A DNA stretch of 64,000 nucleotides. Origin: Monocercomonoides exilis PA203 (taxonomy: Eukaryota > Protista > Preaxostyla). The notes below the pieces were generated by a model, which was not told where the DNA came from, did no database searches, and worked only from the letters and a program-made list of their open reading frames with translations. The position numbers and the translations under genes were made by a program. The DNA is taken from assembly GCA_001643675.2 (NCBI GenBank), contig LSRY02000041.1, positions 744,001 to 808,000 of the forward strand. The letters run 5' to 3'. Shown piece after piece: positions 42,601-54,887 of this stretch. Position 1 is the first letter of the stretch. Each line of letters begins with the position of its first letter.

Positions 42601-44432
42601 AATATCCCTCTCTTCGTCGAAACATCATTTGTTCAGATTCTGCTTCACTGACCATTTCCAGCTTGAAAGGTGGAGATGGACTGATGCTCAATTCTTCGTT
42701 TTGGATCTTGAATGATGGATGTTCTCTCAGTGGAATAGCAGGAGAAAGGCTATCGCCTTTCTTCATTCCCAGACTGGAAGATGTTTCTGTGAATGAAAAT
42801 GGAAGCAACATTTTTATCAAATTCAAGGGATCTCTTTTTGTGCCATGTGACTTGTCATTCAGATTGATATTCAAAACAGGAGATGTGGAGTTGGTTGAGA
42901 CCTATCCTTTTGAGGAAGACAGTTTTGTTTCAGAAGCAGAAGTGATTGGAAGAGTTCCATCAGAAAATATTTCAACGATTGCAGACGAAACAGAGGTGTC
43001 TGTGATGATTTTGTTTGAAAAGTCATTGGTTTCCACTTCTGCACAGATACTGAAGAACAAAACAGAACCAAAGGTCAAAGGAGATGAAATAATTGTTGAA
43101 GGAGGAAAAGAAGGGAAATCTTATTGGTTGTTGATTGTGATAATTATGGCAGTCATTCTTTTGATTGTTCTCATAGGATTTGTGATTTTTGTTGCTCGGT
43201 GGAGGAGGGCGAAGAATGAAGCGAAAAAATACAAGGAGATTGTGAATGACAACATCAGAAAGGATCCGAAGGCGTTTGAGATGGTGACGATGGAGATGTC
43301 ACCAGAGGAGCAGTGGAGGAGAGCAGAAAGAGAGGCAGAGAAGAAAAATGAAGAGAGGATGAAGAAGAGAATAAATGGAAAGGAGATGGTGCATTCAGAA
43401 TCTGAAGAGTATTTGCTGGCTGAGAGTGACTCAACAGAATACATTTTGGGGAGGGACTCCGATAAGATTCCTCAATGGATGTTGGAGAAAGTGGATGAGA
43501 AGGAGGAAGAAGAGATAAGGAAGAGAACTCCATCACCATCCATTTCATCCACCTCGACAACTGATTCAGATTCAACATTTGTTCGAGGGGAGGATCTGTG
43601 CCCGACCACCTCATCGATGTCGAATCTTGTGGATGCAATGGCCTGCTCATCACCTCATGAGAAGCTGATTGTGGATCTGCGGGATTCGCTGTTCATGTTG
43701 CTGCATGGAAGGAATGAGAAGAAGGAGATGGCGATAGGCACTCTTCAGGAGAGGGAGCAGACAGCTGCCCAGATCCTGTTCTGGGTGGCTAATCTGGCAC
43801 TCCACTCGTTTGATGAAATGGAAAATCCTCTTCAGTCACTTGCCAATCTGAGTCCTCACATAGTTTTGTTCTCCGAACACATGGTGATTTGTATTGTGAT
43901 GCACTCTGACTTGTTGTCAGATGATGATTCAGACTCATCATCCATTTCATCATCAACAGTTGCGACATCTGCAAGTGATAACGATGAAAGTGACTCTCCA
44001 CCCTCATCAGCATTTGAGGATGAAGATAGCTTCAAAAAAGAGTGCATGAGGTGGAAGGCGCCTGAGCTGCTGATCAACAAGAAGATGGGAGCAACAAAAG
44101 AATCTGTTGCTTTTTCGATTGGGATGATGCTGTGGGAGTGTTTGACACTGGAGATTCCATTTGGAGAGTATGAGGCAGAAGTGGCAGGGCAGAAGATTGT
44201 GAACGGAGAAAGGCCAAACTTGGGCAAAGTTGAGGGATCTCGTTTGAAATCGATGGCGAAACAGTGTTTGTCATCGAATGTTGGGGATAGACTGTCACTT
44301 GCGAATATGAAGCGTATCCTTGTGGAATTGTTTCCTGAAGGCGCAGCAGTCCTGACGATGACTGATGCAATTGGTATTGAGGCAGAATCAGAAAACGAGA
44401 GCAGAGGGTTTGAGTACACAAGTGTGTTTTGA
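36692..44432 (+). CDS. Giant receptor-like protein: beta-helix/Cys-rich ectodomain, single TM, degenerate TKL-type kinase C-lobe; join(36692-36779,36832-44432)
   Basis: ATG 36692 gives the signal peptide MHLFLFACLILGKAFEA, and a 52-bp GT-AG intron (36780-36831) joins it in frame to the 7.6-kb ORF. Four CG....PC motifs, many GGA repeats, TM WLLIVIIMAVILLIVLIGFVIFV, then RWKAPELL...SVAFSIGMMLWECLTLEIPF...GERP. Confidence 0.85.
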
Positions 44433-44955
44433 AGACAAAGAATACTAAACATATGGAAAGTGATCATCCTGTGCTGAACAGACAGAACAAAGGAGAGAAT
44501 ATTGAAACAAGAAAGTGAAGGAAGCACTGTTCTCAAGAAATTAAAGACTTATGAATTTGAAGCCCATTAATTGTGTCATCAGCCTGCACTTATTATTCAA
44601 TATATTTTTTTTGGAAACACTTACAATATTCATTCACTTGTTTTTCTACTTCTTCTTGTAATGTCATAGCACATCAAATTTTTTGTTTGTGCGTCAATGT
44701 TAATGTTTTCTGAGACGCTCTCCCCAGAAGAACGCCAGAAATGTTAATCAAGAAAGAGAATGCATGATCACTTTTTAAAGATAAATAAAAGTTAATAAAA
44801 GCGGAACATTTTGTCGATCTGGAGTATTTGATAGAATTTTTGCTTTTTAAACAGAAAAAATTCTATTCAATGCCAATGGAGAAATTGATATGACCGCTCG
44901 AATAAAGCAAAACCTCTGATATCAACTTTTTGAATATTTATCAAATATTGCATTA

Positions 44956-45393
44956 CACCAAAAATAATTCTAATTCGAAAAAAAATAATTCAAATTCGAA
45001 AAAGAATAATTCAATTTCGTAATTAATATTTCAATTTCGAAAATTAATAATTCGAATTCGGAATTAATATTTCAATTTCGAAAAAAAATAATTCAAATTC
45101 GTAATTAATAATTCGAAATCGAAAAAAAATAATTCAAATTCGAAAAAGAATAATTCAATTTCGTAATTAATATTTCAATTTCGAAAATTAATAATTCGAA
45201 TTCGGAATTAATATTTCAATTTCGAAAAAAAATAATTCAAATTCGTAATTAATAATTCGAAATCGAAAAAAAATAATTCGATTTCGGAATTAATAATTCA
45301 AAATCGAAAATTAATAATTCGAATTCGGAAATTAATAATTCAATTTCGAAATTCATTAATTCGATTTCGAAAAAGAATAATTCAATTTCGAAA
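44956..45393 (+). repeat. Left TIR: tandem array of ~20-21-bp units (approx. AAAAATAATTCAAATTCG), including a 144-bp higher-order duplication
   Basis: The block starting at 44977 recurs at 45121. Confidence 0.9.
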
Positions 45394-45544
45394 CGACAAT
45401 TTTTTTGATTTGTGGAATTATTAACTTACGTTTTGCTGTCAAAATACTCTTTATTTTTATCTCGTGAGGACACTTTGTTTATGAATATTTAAAAAATTAT
45501 GTATTTTCTTCAAATAATTTTCATTCATTTTGAATGAAGATTTA

Positions 45545-45921
45545 TAGATATCGCATAAAATACCGGACATCGCACAAAATACCGGAAAAGAACAATTTCA
45601 CAATGACCACCAGAGATATTATTCTGTTTTTTTTTCATTAAATGTCTTATTAATTCAAATTCGTTTGCCATTCAAAACTTTCAAAATAGATTCATTTGTG
45701 CTCAGAAAAAATGAACGATTGAAATTTCGGAAAAACTCAAAATCCAATTTCTCCGAAATTTCAATCATTCATTTTTTCTGAGCACAAATGAAGCTATTTT
45801 GAAAGTTTTGTATATCAAATGAGTTAGCATTGTTAAGATATACTTTGAGGAAAATTGTCAGAATTATTCCTCTTGCAGTTATTGTGAAATCGATCCTGTC
45901 CGGTATTTTGTAAGATATCTG
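45545..45921. mobile_element. Palindromic Tc1/mariner-type MITE (TA target) nested in the foldback element
   Basis: TA|TAGATATCGCATAAAATACCGGAC vs the reverse complement of the right end, TA|CAGATATCTTACAAAATACCGGAC. Near-perfect inner arms at about 45673-45732 and 45750-45810. Confidence 0.75.
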
Positions 45922-46221
45922 TATTGACTGAAGTTAATTTGAAAATGAAAGAAACACATTTTCATGTTTAAAACCGATATTATTCAAAAATTTGCCAATG
46001 AAACAATCACATTATTGTAAAAAAATAATTCAACAATCGTGAATAATTTTTGTTAAATTTTATTTGGTTATTCAATAGAATGAATTTTTATTAAATTATT
46101 ATAATTTGAGTGATGATTTTCGAAAATGAAAAAAAATTTTAAAAAAATTGATTTATTGATTGTTGCTAAACCTCGGCGTCACCCTGAAAAACAGAATCAT
46201 TCGTCAGTCGCTTCGTCACTC

Positions 46222-46273
<52 letters not shown>

Positions 46274-48089
46274 AAAAATATTTATTAGATTATATTTTAT
46301 GCAATCGATTATTGTTTTTGATAATGTTTTAAAAAATGAAAAAAATTTTTAAATGAACCCATTCTAAAGTTTAAAAAATTTGTTGTATGGTATCTAAAAA
46401 TGGAAAACATCAAATTCTCTTATTTTTTGATAGGGCTAATAAGGAATGCTGCACACATCAATAATAAATATGAAAATTATGTTCTAACATTCTGGATTCC
46501 TACGGGAACAGAAACATTTTTAAAAGATCAGTATAGTGGAAAAACATGATGTCATTATTCATAATCTAAGAAAAATAGAAGTTGAAACTTTCGCAAGTTT
46601 GATCAAGAATTAATAATCTCTTTATCTATCCATTTTTGTTACATTTTATTGTTTTGCTTTTGTTGTTTGATATCTTTCATTTTCTGCTTTCAAACATATC
46701 TTCAATGCACTGTTCACTGCTTTTTTCAACTTTTTTTCTTTTTATTTCATCGCAACTATAATTCAGCAGTTAACAGAATACAATAATTGTGAAAATTGAT
46801 TTCACAATTTTGTTTTTATACATTATCATCTTATTTCAGTTCTTTACCTCTCAGTTCTCTGACTGCTGTGATTTTTCATTCATTGTATTTCTGCCTTTCA
46901 GAACGAAATTCATTCATGTTGCATCAACTCATGCTTAGCCTTTTCCCCATCGAATTATTCGTCTTCTGCGGTTAGCGACTTTTTTTTGCCAGGGCGGTGG
47001 CATTGCTTTGAAAAGGAAGCACTCAGCACCTTCGTGAAATGCGTCTTTGATGCAACCATGGTCTCTTCAGCTGTAGCAACATTCACAGCAGAGCATCAAC
47101 AGCAAGGCAACCACTGAAGATCATTGCACTTTAATCTCCGCATCACACACACGCATAAATGAATGGCTTCACTTTCTTCTTCAACCCAAATTCAGAATCT
47201 CATTCTTCTTTCTGTGCTCTTCATCCTCTTCGATCTTCGTCAAACAAGCAAAAGAATTTCAATTGGAATTTCTGCTCTTCTTTAACTTCCTTGTCTCCCT
47301 TCTTTTCATTTTCTTTGTTATTGTTGTTATTATTGTTTTCTTTTTTTCAAAAAATCAAATTTGATTCAATTTTTGTTGGGAAATCCTCGATATTTGATTT
47401 TAAAATTGAGAAATTTCCTTTCATCTTTTCCATTTTTTTAAGTTTTTTTGTCAATTGTGTTTTTTGTTAATTATAGAAATGTCATTTGCTTCCTTATGCA
47501 TTTTTTTGTTAAATGAAATCAAGTTGAACCAAATTTTCAAATAGATGAAATGATTTGATAGAAATTCAAAAAAAGAAGGATAAATGAAATATTGAACATT
47601 TTTGAACATTGACAGTTATCAAGGAATTGAAAAAAACATTATCTTTTCATTTTTTGCAACAAAATTAAATTTGTTGTTTTATGAATGTGCGTTAACATTT
47701 CCATTTTTTCAAAAACATATATTGAATGAAAATTTCTAACTTTTTTTAAAGTCATCTTTTTTTGTTCATTAAAAGCACCAGTATTTAAAATATTTGCTTT
47801 CTCAATGAACACTGAGGCTTCCTTTTCATTTGCATCTTACCTTTTGCATAATCCCTTTTAGATAATAAATAATGATTATGATGTTTTTTTTTATTTTTAT
47901 ATATGAGGAACTTAGCGCGTTCGACTCTTTTGAAAAAGTCATTTGTTCCAACATACACATCATTTTATTCCTGGCTGGGAGTTATTCCTCCTTGTTGTGC
48001 CGATTAATCCATGTCAATTTACAGATACTTTGATTTTCAACTTATCGAGAACAAATCTTCCAAATTTTGATCGGTTTTGAAAAAGATAA

Positions 48090-49216
48090 AACAAGCATAT
48101 TTCAAAATTTAGCGAGAGTGAGAAGAAAAGCGGTGCAGATGCATTTTTCACTGCGATACAAACGGCTGGAGTGGATCCTTCATTCTGTCGAACAACCGAA
48201 GAGAAGTTCAATTTGGCCATCACGAAGCTCAACCGGTTCTTCGAATTGTGAAATCTCGATCTCATCTACAGCAACGGCATTGAATTCGGGCGAGCCACCG
48301 CACACTTTGCGAAAGAGGGCACAGAAGATGATTTTCCGAAGCAGGATATGATTGCGCTGGCAGAGCCGTGGATAGAAGGCTTCGGGTGGTTGGTGTCTGA
48401 CAGGGCAGCGGTGTTCTTTGCGAAGTGGGAAGATGGAAGCATTTTGGACGAGGTGCCTCCTCCGACTGTGAAGCGGGTGTTTGCGATACTGCAGACAGAG
48501 ACGCTTTTCCCGGCGAAGAAGAACTTTATGCTGGGTGCACTTTTATACTGCTATCCCTCCTTGTTGAAGGAGAACAGCAGCCTTTTTGGCACGGCAGAGG
48601 GAAAGGAAAACAGAACATCCACAATCAACTCTGTTGCACGGCATGTGACAAAGGAGTGGAGACAAGCAAATGTACAGACAAATAATGTCAAAGAGAAGAA
48701 AGGCAAAGAGAAAGAGAAAAAGAATGAGAAAGAAGAAGACAAAGAAGAAAACAAAGAAGATCTCAAAGACGCAGCAGCCGGAGACACAGAGCTATCAGAT
48801 GTGGAGCTGCTTCAGGCAGAACTGCAGCTGGTGTGTGAGGACATTGAAGAGAATGCATTCAACTATTTTAGCTCTGCCTGGTTGAAATACTGGCTGGCGA
48901 ATATGTTTACACAAAGCAGCTGTTTGAGGAGCTGATGTGCCTGTCGCTCAGAGAGGAAGGAGCAGCTGTGTGGCAAAGGGGAAACAAGAGAGAAGGAGAT
49001 GGAGGGAAAGAAGAAAAAGAAGAGGAAGAAGACGAAGACGACGACGAGGACGACGAAGAAGAAGATGAAGAAGAAAAAGAAGACAAAGAAAAAGAAGAAA
49101 AAGAAAAAGAAGAAAAAGACAAAGAAGAAAAAGACAAAGAAGAAGACGAAGAAGACGAAGAAGAAGAAGAAAAAGAAGGTGAAGAAGAAGAAGAAGAAGA
49201 AGGTGAAGAAGGCTGA
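48090..49216 (+). pseudogene. Unidentified gene-like cargo in the hAT element with an acidic low-complexity tail
   Basis: The frame of ORF 48348-48935 extends upstream through one TGA (48249) to about 48090, and a frameshifted Glu/Asp/Lys-rich tail runs to 49216. GC content is higher than the flanks. Confidence 0.5.
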
Positions 49217-50627
49217 GTGAGAAGAAAAGGGAAATGACAAAGAATGTCATCGAGTAGAAACGAAGTGAACATCAAAATATGAACGGAAATAACAATCAAC
49301 AGCAGACAGAACGAGAATGAAGGTTAGTTAGCATCTTTAACTTTTTCAACTTCTTTTCCTTCTCCTGCTCTCTACAATTTGAATTCACCGTGGGGTTTCC
49401 GTTCGTGCGGATTGTCTGCGGAGCAGGTGCTAGTGCAGATGACGTGTGAGGCGCATCGTGCAGCGATAGCGTTTCTAGCAGATGAAATGAGGAGAGAAGC
49501 TCGTGAAATGAAGAAGGAGATGGAGAAGATGTCGATGAAGAAGAAGAAATAGAAATAGAAATAGAAAGATACGAAGAATACTTCAATAGATGAGTTGAGA
49601 ATAGAATCAAAAAAAGAGGAGAGAAGTGGAAAAGTTGATGAGAACAGTGAAATTTAAGATTGATTCGTATGTTTTAAATGCGTTGTATCTGTTTGAGATT
49701 CCAAGCTCTTTTCATTCCAATCCAAAGACACAGCTCCATAAGAAGTCTCTATTTGGAGACAAAGTCTATTTGATTATTGTTGGCATCACCTCGGACACTG
49801 CTAACGGAGAATGGAAAATAAATCATAACAACAATATGAAGAAGCCGAATTCCACTTCAGAAAGAACAATCATGGCTTCTTCTTCTTCTTCTTCTTCTTC
49901 TAATCTTCAAACGAAAATTATAAATAGTATATTCTTCTAATTTCATCTTCAAATCTTGTTTGGATAAACAGATACCTCTTAGTAATTTTTCCGCTATTAT
50001 GCAACTTCAAAACTCCCACTTCTATTTATCCTTCATTGTGCATTGCACTCCCATTACACAATCATATCCCGCACAACTTTTATTACTATGTTTTCTTCTT
50101 CGTGCTTGTCTTTTCTAAAGCTTCATTCCCACTTAAATCTAACTCAATAAACAATCTCTTCTTCGTTCGCTCTGTCCACGTCTGTGACTTCTCATAAATC
50201 AAAAGTTAAATCCTCGCTGACATTCCGCTATATGATCAGAAAGAAGATGCGCTTGCACTTTTTTAATGCGAGTTGTTCTTCATCTGCGTCCGACTTTTCT
50301 TCCCACTCTTATAAATACAGAGCAGAGAAATGAATTTCTGTTCCTTGAAGCAAAGATAACTCGATCGGTGAACTTATCTTAAAGAATTCAACTGTCGCTG
50401 CACGGATGATAATGGAGATGGACCTGTTGGAACGAGAAGAAGGAAGTGAAAGCGCAAAGAGTGAAGTAGCTGATGCATCAGAAACTATTTGCGCAGAAAT
50501 GCTCAAAGATAGAAGAATGAATGAATGTTTCAATTATGGTAATAAAATATGAGAAGATATATGTTTATTAGCATGTTAATGATAAACCTGAAATGAAAAT
50601 GAAAAGAACAAGGAGTTAAATATATAA

Positions 50628-53217
50628 TTAAATATGCAACAAGCAGTTCAAAGTGTCAATTGACAAACTCTGACGTCTTTCTCCCACAATTCTTCGAGCC
50701 CTGGAAAATAATCTTTCACAAAAACATTCGCTACAAGGAGATTGGATTAGGCTGTATGCAAATGATGAGTAGATTTTGTGAATATCGCTTTTTCGAAACA
50801 TATTGGAATAATAAATGAATGAATCATCTTCAATCACACATTTTTCAGTTTCCTTTTTTTCCAAAGATCTCTGAAACAACAGCAAACAACCTTCCATTAT
50901 TTCTCCTTTTTCTTGACCAATAAAACTTTGAAAAGTCTCCCTAAAGCTGCAGACCATCCTCCCATGCCAATCTCCAAACGCTGCATCAAAAATATCGAGC
51001 ATCGTTTTCTCTTCCAGTTCGAAATTATGTGAATGGATTCTTTTCACTAATCCAAATGTTCCAAGGCACATTACATCATCATTTTCAACATATTCCTCCT
51101 CCAGTTCATGTAAATCATCATTTGTTGAGCAACAACATTCTTCCTCCTCATCCATAATATTGACACTCTTCTGTTGTTCATCAAAATTTGTCTTCTTTTC
51201 TTCTTTGGAATGATATGTATTATCCGTAGGATTTCTTTCTTCAAAATCTTCCATATATTCATCGTCAATTGCTTCGTTTTCTGCACATAATAATCCGAAC
51301 AAATCTTCATCATACTCTTCGTCTGATTCGTCCGCGCTGCTTTCCATCTCCACTGATAGTGAGCTTGTTCGAAGAGTTTCAATGTATTTCAATAAATCTA
51401 TTAAAACATTATTTGAGCTTTTTTGGAAATTTTGTTGATCACAAACAAAAGGAATCAAACCAAATTCATCATTCATTGTGTAAATATTTTTTTGTTTGCA
51501 TAGTCTTTCTTTTTGGATATTATGCATTGTTTCGCTAAAAGCAGTAGCAGACAACAAAGAAACTGAAGATTGCATTGAAGCTGGAGAAATTGAGCCGGAT
51601 AAATCGTTTGTGGATGAGCTCTGGATGTGTTCCTCCAAAATGCTTGCACTTGCACATGCTGATGTGGCAGAAGAAGAAAAACTCGATGATAATTGATATT
51701 CAGCAGAAGGAGAAGATTCTAAAATAGAAAATCAATGAAAAACAAATATATCTAAAGAAATACCTCCTTTTTCTTGTGCTTTTTTTCCCTTCATAGTTTT
51801 CGCAACTCTTGGATCCAAAATAAAACAGCTGTTTCGAAAGTTTGCGGCTCCTTCTGGCTTTAAAACATATGATAAAGCGTACAAACTTCCTCGATTATCT
51901 GCAAGCGTGTAGTTGAATAATAAAACAAGAATATCTGTCAAAGCGTTATGCCAATTCTGTTCATGAAATAAATTTGTTGAAAAGAGAGAATAATAAACTG
52001 TGAATGCAGAAATCAAATCCGGAAAAACATCACTCAGTTTTGATTCATTTTTTTCAAACGATAAATGAAGGATTTGAAGCGGAAATAAGAGAATTTCCGT
52101 TAAAGCAATTGATAGTAGTTCTTCATTATTCAACAGATCTAACTGTTTAATTGTGTTTGCGTGCATTCGAACAAATGAACATATTTGATACAAAGCAAGC
52201 CACCGTGTGCTAACAAATGTTGGGCATCTTTTATGAAGTTTTTTTTGGTTGGAAGATAAATGGGCTTCTTGACAAAAATGCAACAGAATGTTTTTAACTT
52301 TCGATAGTGTTGAATTTTCTGAAAATGAATGAACAATAACAAGATTTACTAGATGATTGAGACAATATATGACAATTGGTTTTGGTTCATTTTCCATGAT
52401 GGATTTAACCAATGGATTTTTATGATCATGACTTGAGAGTTTGTTCAATGCTATCATTTGTGATTTCAGTCCATCTACACAAAAGCCTCGAACCACTGCT
52501 CCAACGGAATGAAGATCAACAATTATTGAACTGCATAAATTGTAGAAATCATCTTGTGTTTGACATCCATTGAATAATTTCCAAAATAATGGAATTGATT
52601 TTGGAAATAATGGAACAATTCCGATTGCCATGTATTTTTTCCCTCCAATAATAGCACCGTCCATTATAACACAAACAGGTTGATTTGCCACAGATTCATA
52701 CAGCCTTCTCATTTGCGAGACTTCTTGCTTTTTTTAGCATTGTGGCGATTTTCTTTTCACTTAGAACCGGAAAAATGTCTTCTCTTTTCAATTCAGGGTT
52801 TGATTGTGAAGCATGAATGAGAGAAGTAATGAAATTATTTAATTCCTTAGAGGCAGCTGAAAGAAATGAAATATTGCACTGCTTGATAACCTTGAGGAAA
52901 TCGTTGAGTAACTCTAATTTTGCGTTGTTTGCAGATCGAGAAATTGATGCAATCACTCTTGTTTCTGAATTGATTGAATGGTTTGAATAAGAGAAAAAAT
53001 CAAGAATTGAAGAAGATTGATAAATAGGACAAATATGACTATATATAAGTTTCGAATCTTTTCTTCCAGTTGCAGCACAGTTTTGTCCATTTTTGGAATT
53101 TGGACAAATGAAAAGCCGATGTACTCCTTTTGCCGAAGAGATGTACACTGATTTTGGAGAGAATGAAATGAAAAGTTTTCCATTAACCTGTTCAAATTTC
53201 AGTTTCGTCATATACAT
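50628..53217 (-). CDS. hAT transposase with a 45-bp intron (51719-51763) and a single 1-nt frameshift in an A7 run (52729-52735); 5' end uncertain
   Basis: Cys/His N-terminal region (BED-like), VCVIMDG (D1), FCVDG (D2), YCLNHLVNL (CxxH), STRW, and C-terminal PCSECFCERLFSRARRIVGERRQSL (catalytic E / hATC domain). Confidence 0.9.
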
Positions 53218-54047
53218 ATTCTTATCTGTTGGATGCTGATAATCTTATAAAAAATTTGGTATTTATAAATAAAGTTAATAAACAAAATGAAAGTTAAATC
53301 AAACATTGTGAAAATACAAATTCATTCACTCTTTTAAGTTTTATAAATTCGCACTTTGCTTTATGTAAATCAATCATAGTGTTTCTGAATAATAAATCCT
53401 AATAAAAAGACATTTCAAAAGAGATCAAGAGATCAAAACCATCCAAAAAATGTTTAATGAGGCAAACTGTGTCTGGATCTTTGATTGACCGAACTAATTC
53501 TGTCAAGCATTCATTTTCATCAATTTGGTTTTGCAACATTATTCAAGAACAGTTAGTTACCAAAATGACAAGTCACTTAAAAATGACGTCAGTGACGGGA
53601 AGTGCCAAAATTATCAAAAAATGACAAATGATCAAAAAAAGTGACGATCAAAAAAGTCCGTATCTGAAAAAATTAATCAACTTTTCCATAACGAAAATTT
53701 TTCAAAAGTTAATTGTTGAAAATTAATTTGTCAGCCAATAACAGAAATATTGTTATGAGACTGATAATATTTCAACATATAAAAAATGAATTATTCTCCA
53801 AAATAAATAATAATTCTCGCTCAAAAAAAAAGTGACATATTAAATTCAGATTTGTCTGTCACTTCTCAAAAAAATGCTCGTCATTGGCGGGGTGACGAGG
53901 AGGTCTAATTGTTGCAATTAAAAAAACAGTTTTTTATGAACAATAAAATTTGATTGGTTAAAAAATAACTTGAACTTTTCTGAAATCCATTCTCGAGAAA
54001 ATTTTATAATTTCAGTTAATAATGAATTTCGAAATTGAAATAATCAT

Positions 54048-54361
54048 TTTCGAAATTGAATTATTCTTTTTCGAAATCGAATTAATGAATTTCGAAATTG
54101 AATTATTAATTTCCGAATTCGAATTATTAATTTTCGATTTTGAATTATTAATTCCGAAATCGAATTATTTTTTTTCGATTTCGAATTATTAATTACGAAT
54201 TTGAATTATTTTTTTTCGATTTCGAATTATTAATTACGAATTTGAATTATTTTTTTTCGAAATTGAAATATTAATTCCGAATTCGAATTATTAATTTTCG
54301 AAATTGAAATATTAATTACGAAATTGAATTATTCTTTTTCGAATTTGAATTATTTTTGGTG
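54048..54361 (-). repeat. Right TIR tandem array of the foldback-like element
   Basis: Reverse complement of the 44956-45393 array with fewer units. Confidence 0.9.
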
Positions 54362-54451
54362 TATGTGATGGATTAAAAAGTTATTCTGATTTCGTGAACA
54401 AATTTTTTCATTGAAAGATTTAAAGAAAAGTCGTGTTGATTAACATTAGGG

Positions 54452-54760
54452 CTTCTTCTTTTTTAAATATATGGGGGAAAATACGGACTTTCAAGCTTTT
54501 TTTGCACAAGGCATAGAAAAATTGCTTTGCTCATAACTTAATTTTACTTTCTCAGATTTCAAAATAAATTTGATTTTCTTATCTTTAAACAGGCATCATT
54601 GAAATATGAACGTAAAGTTTTCCAACATTTCACGAATGTTTAAAATGGACCCATTTTTATTGTGTTTTTTGATCAAAAAAAGTCAATGAAAAGTGCATAA
54701 TTTTTCTATGAAAATGCCTGAAGCATAATATTTTGCCCCATTTTTTGAAAAAAAAGAAAC
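54452..54760. repeat. Degenerate inverted repeat (old MITE-like)
   Basis: TTCTTTTTTAAATATATGGGGGAAAATA...CATAGAAAAATT vs AATTTTTCTATG...TATTTTGCCCCATTTTTTGAAAAAAAAGAA. Confidence 0.5.
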
Positions 54761-54887
54761 AAAAGAACCTTTTCCTGATGGAGTTTCACAGCGCGTTTCG
54801 ACTTGGACAAATTGTCAAGAAGCTGTATCTTATTGTTTGGTTTTTTTTTCCAAATGGATGATCTTTTTTGAAATCATGTTAAAGTGT

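Larger units (their letters stand above)
46167..53907 (-). mobile_element. hAT transposon, 7.74 kb, with 18-bp TIRs and an 8-bp TSD
   Basis: TIRs TAAACCTCGGCGTCACCC (46167-46184) and reverse complement TAGACCTCCTCGTCACCC (53890-53907) match 15/18. Exact ATTGTTGC duplication at 46159-46166 and 53908-53915. Encodes a hAT transposase. Confidence 0.92.
44956..54361. mobile_element. Foldback-like DNA element with long tandem-repeat TIRs and CAC termini flanked by TA; ~1.66 kb without the hAT insertion
   Basis: Left end TA|CACCAAAAATAATTC and right end GAATTATTTTTGGTG|TA. Arrays 44956-45393 and ~54048-54361 are reverse complements. Confidence 0.8.

Noticed and set aside
44956-45393. CRISPR-like periodic array
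   Set aside because: The units are contiguous degenerate repeats with no unique spacers, there are no cas genes, and the array pairs with an inverted copy as a TIR.
47905-47930. GTTCGACTC, resembling a tRNA T-loop/B-box
   Set aside because: No acceptor, D or anticodon stems could be built around it.
48863-49299. Poly-Phe, poly-Ser, poly-Leu and poly-Lys ORFs (also around 11598-12050 and 61130-63921)
   Set aside because: Alternative-frame or antisense readings of GAA-rich low-complexity DNA.
52727-52737. A-AAA-AAG-like slippery site in the hAT transposase as a programmed -1 frameshift
   Set aside because: Joining the ORFs needs a +1 shift, not -1. A homopolymer indel is the simpler explanation.
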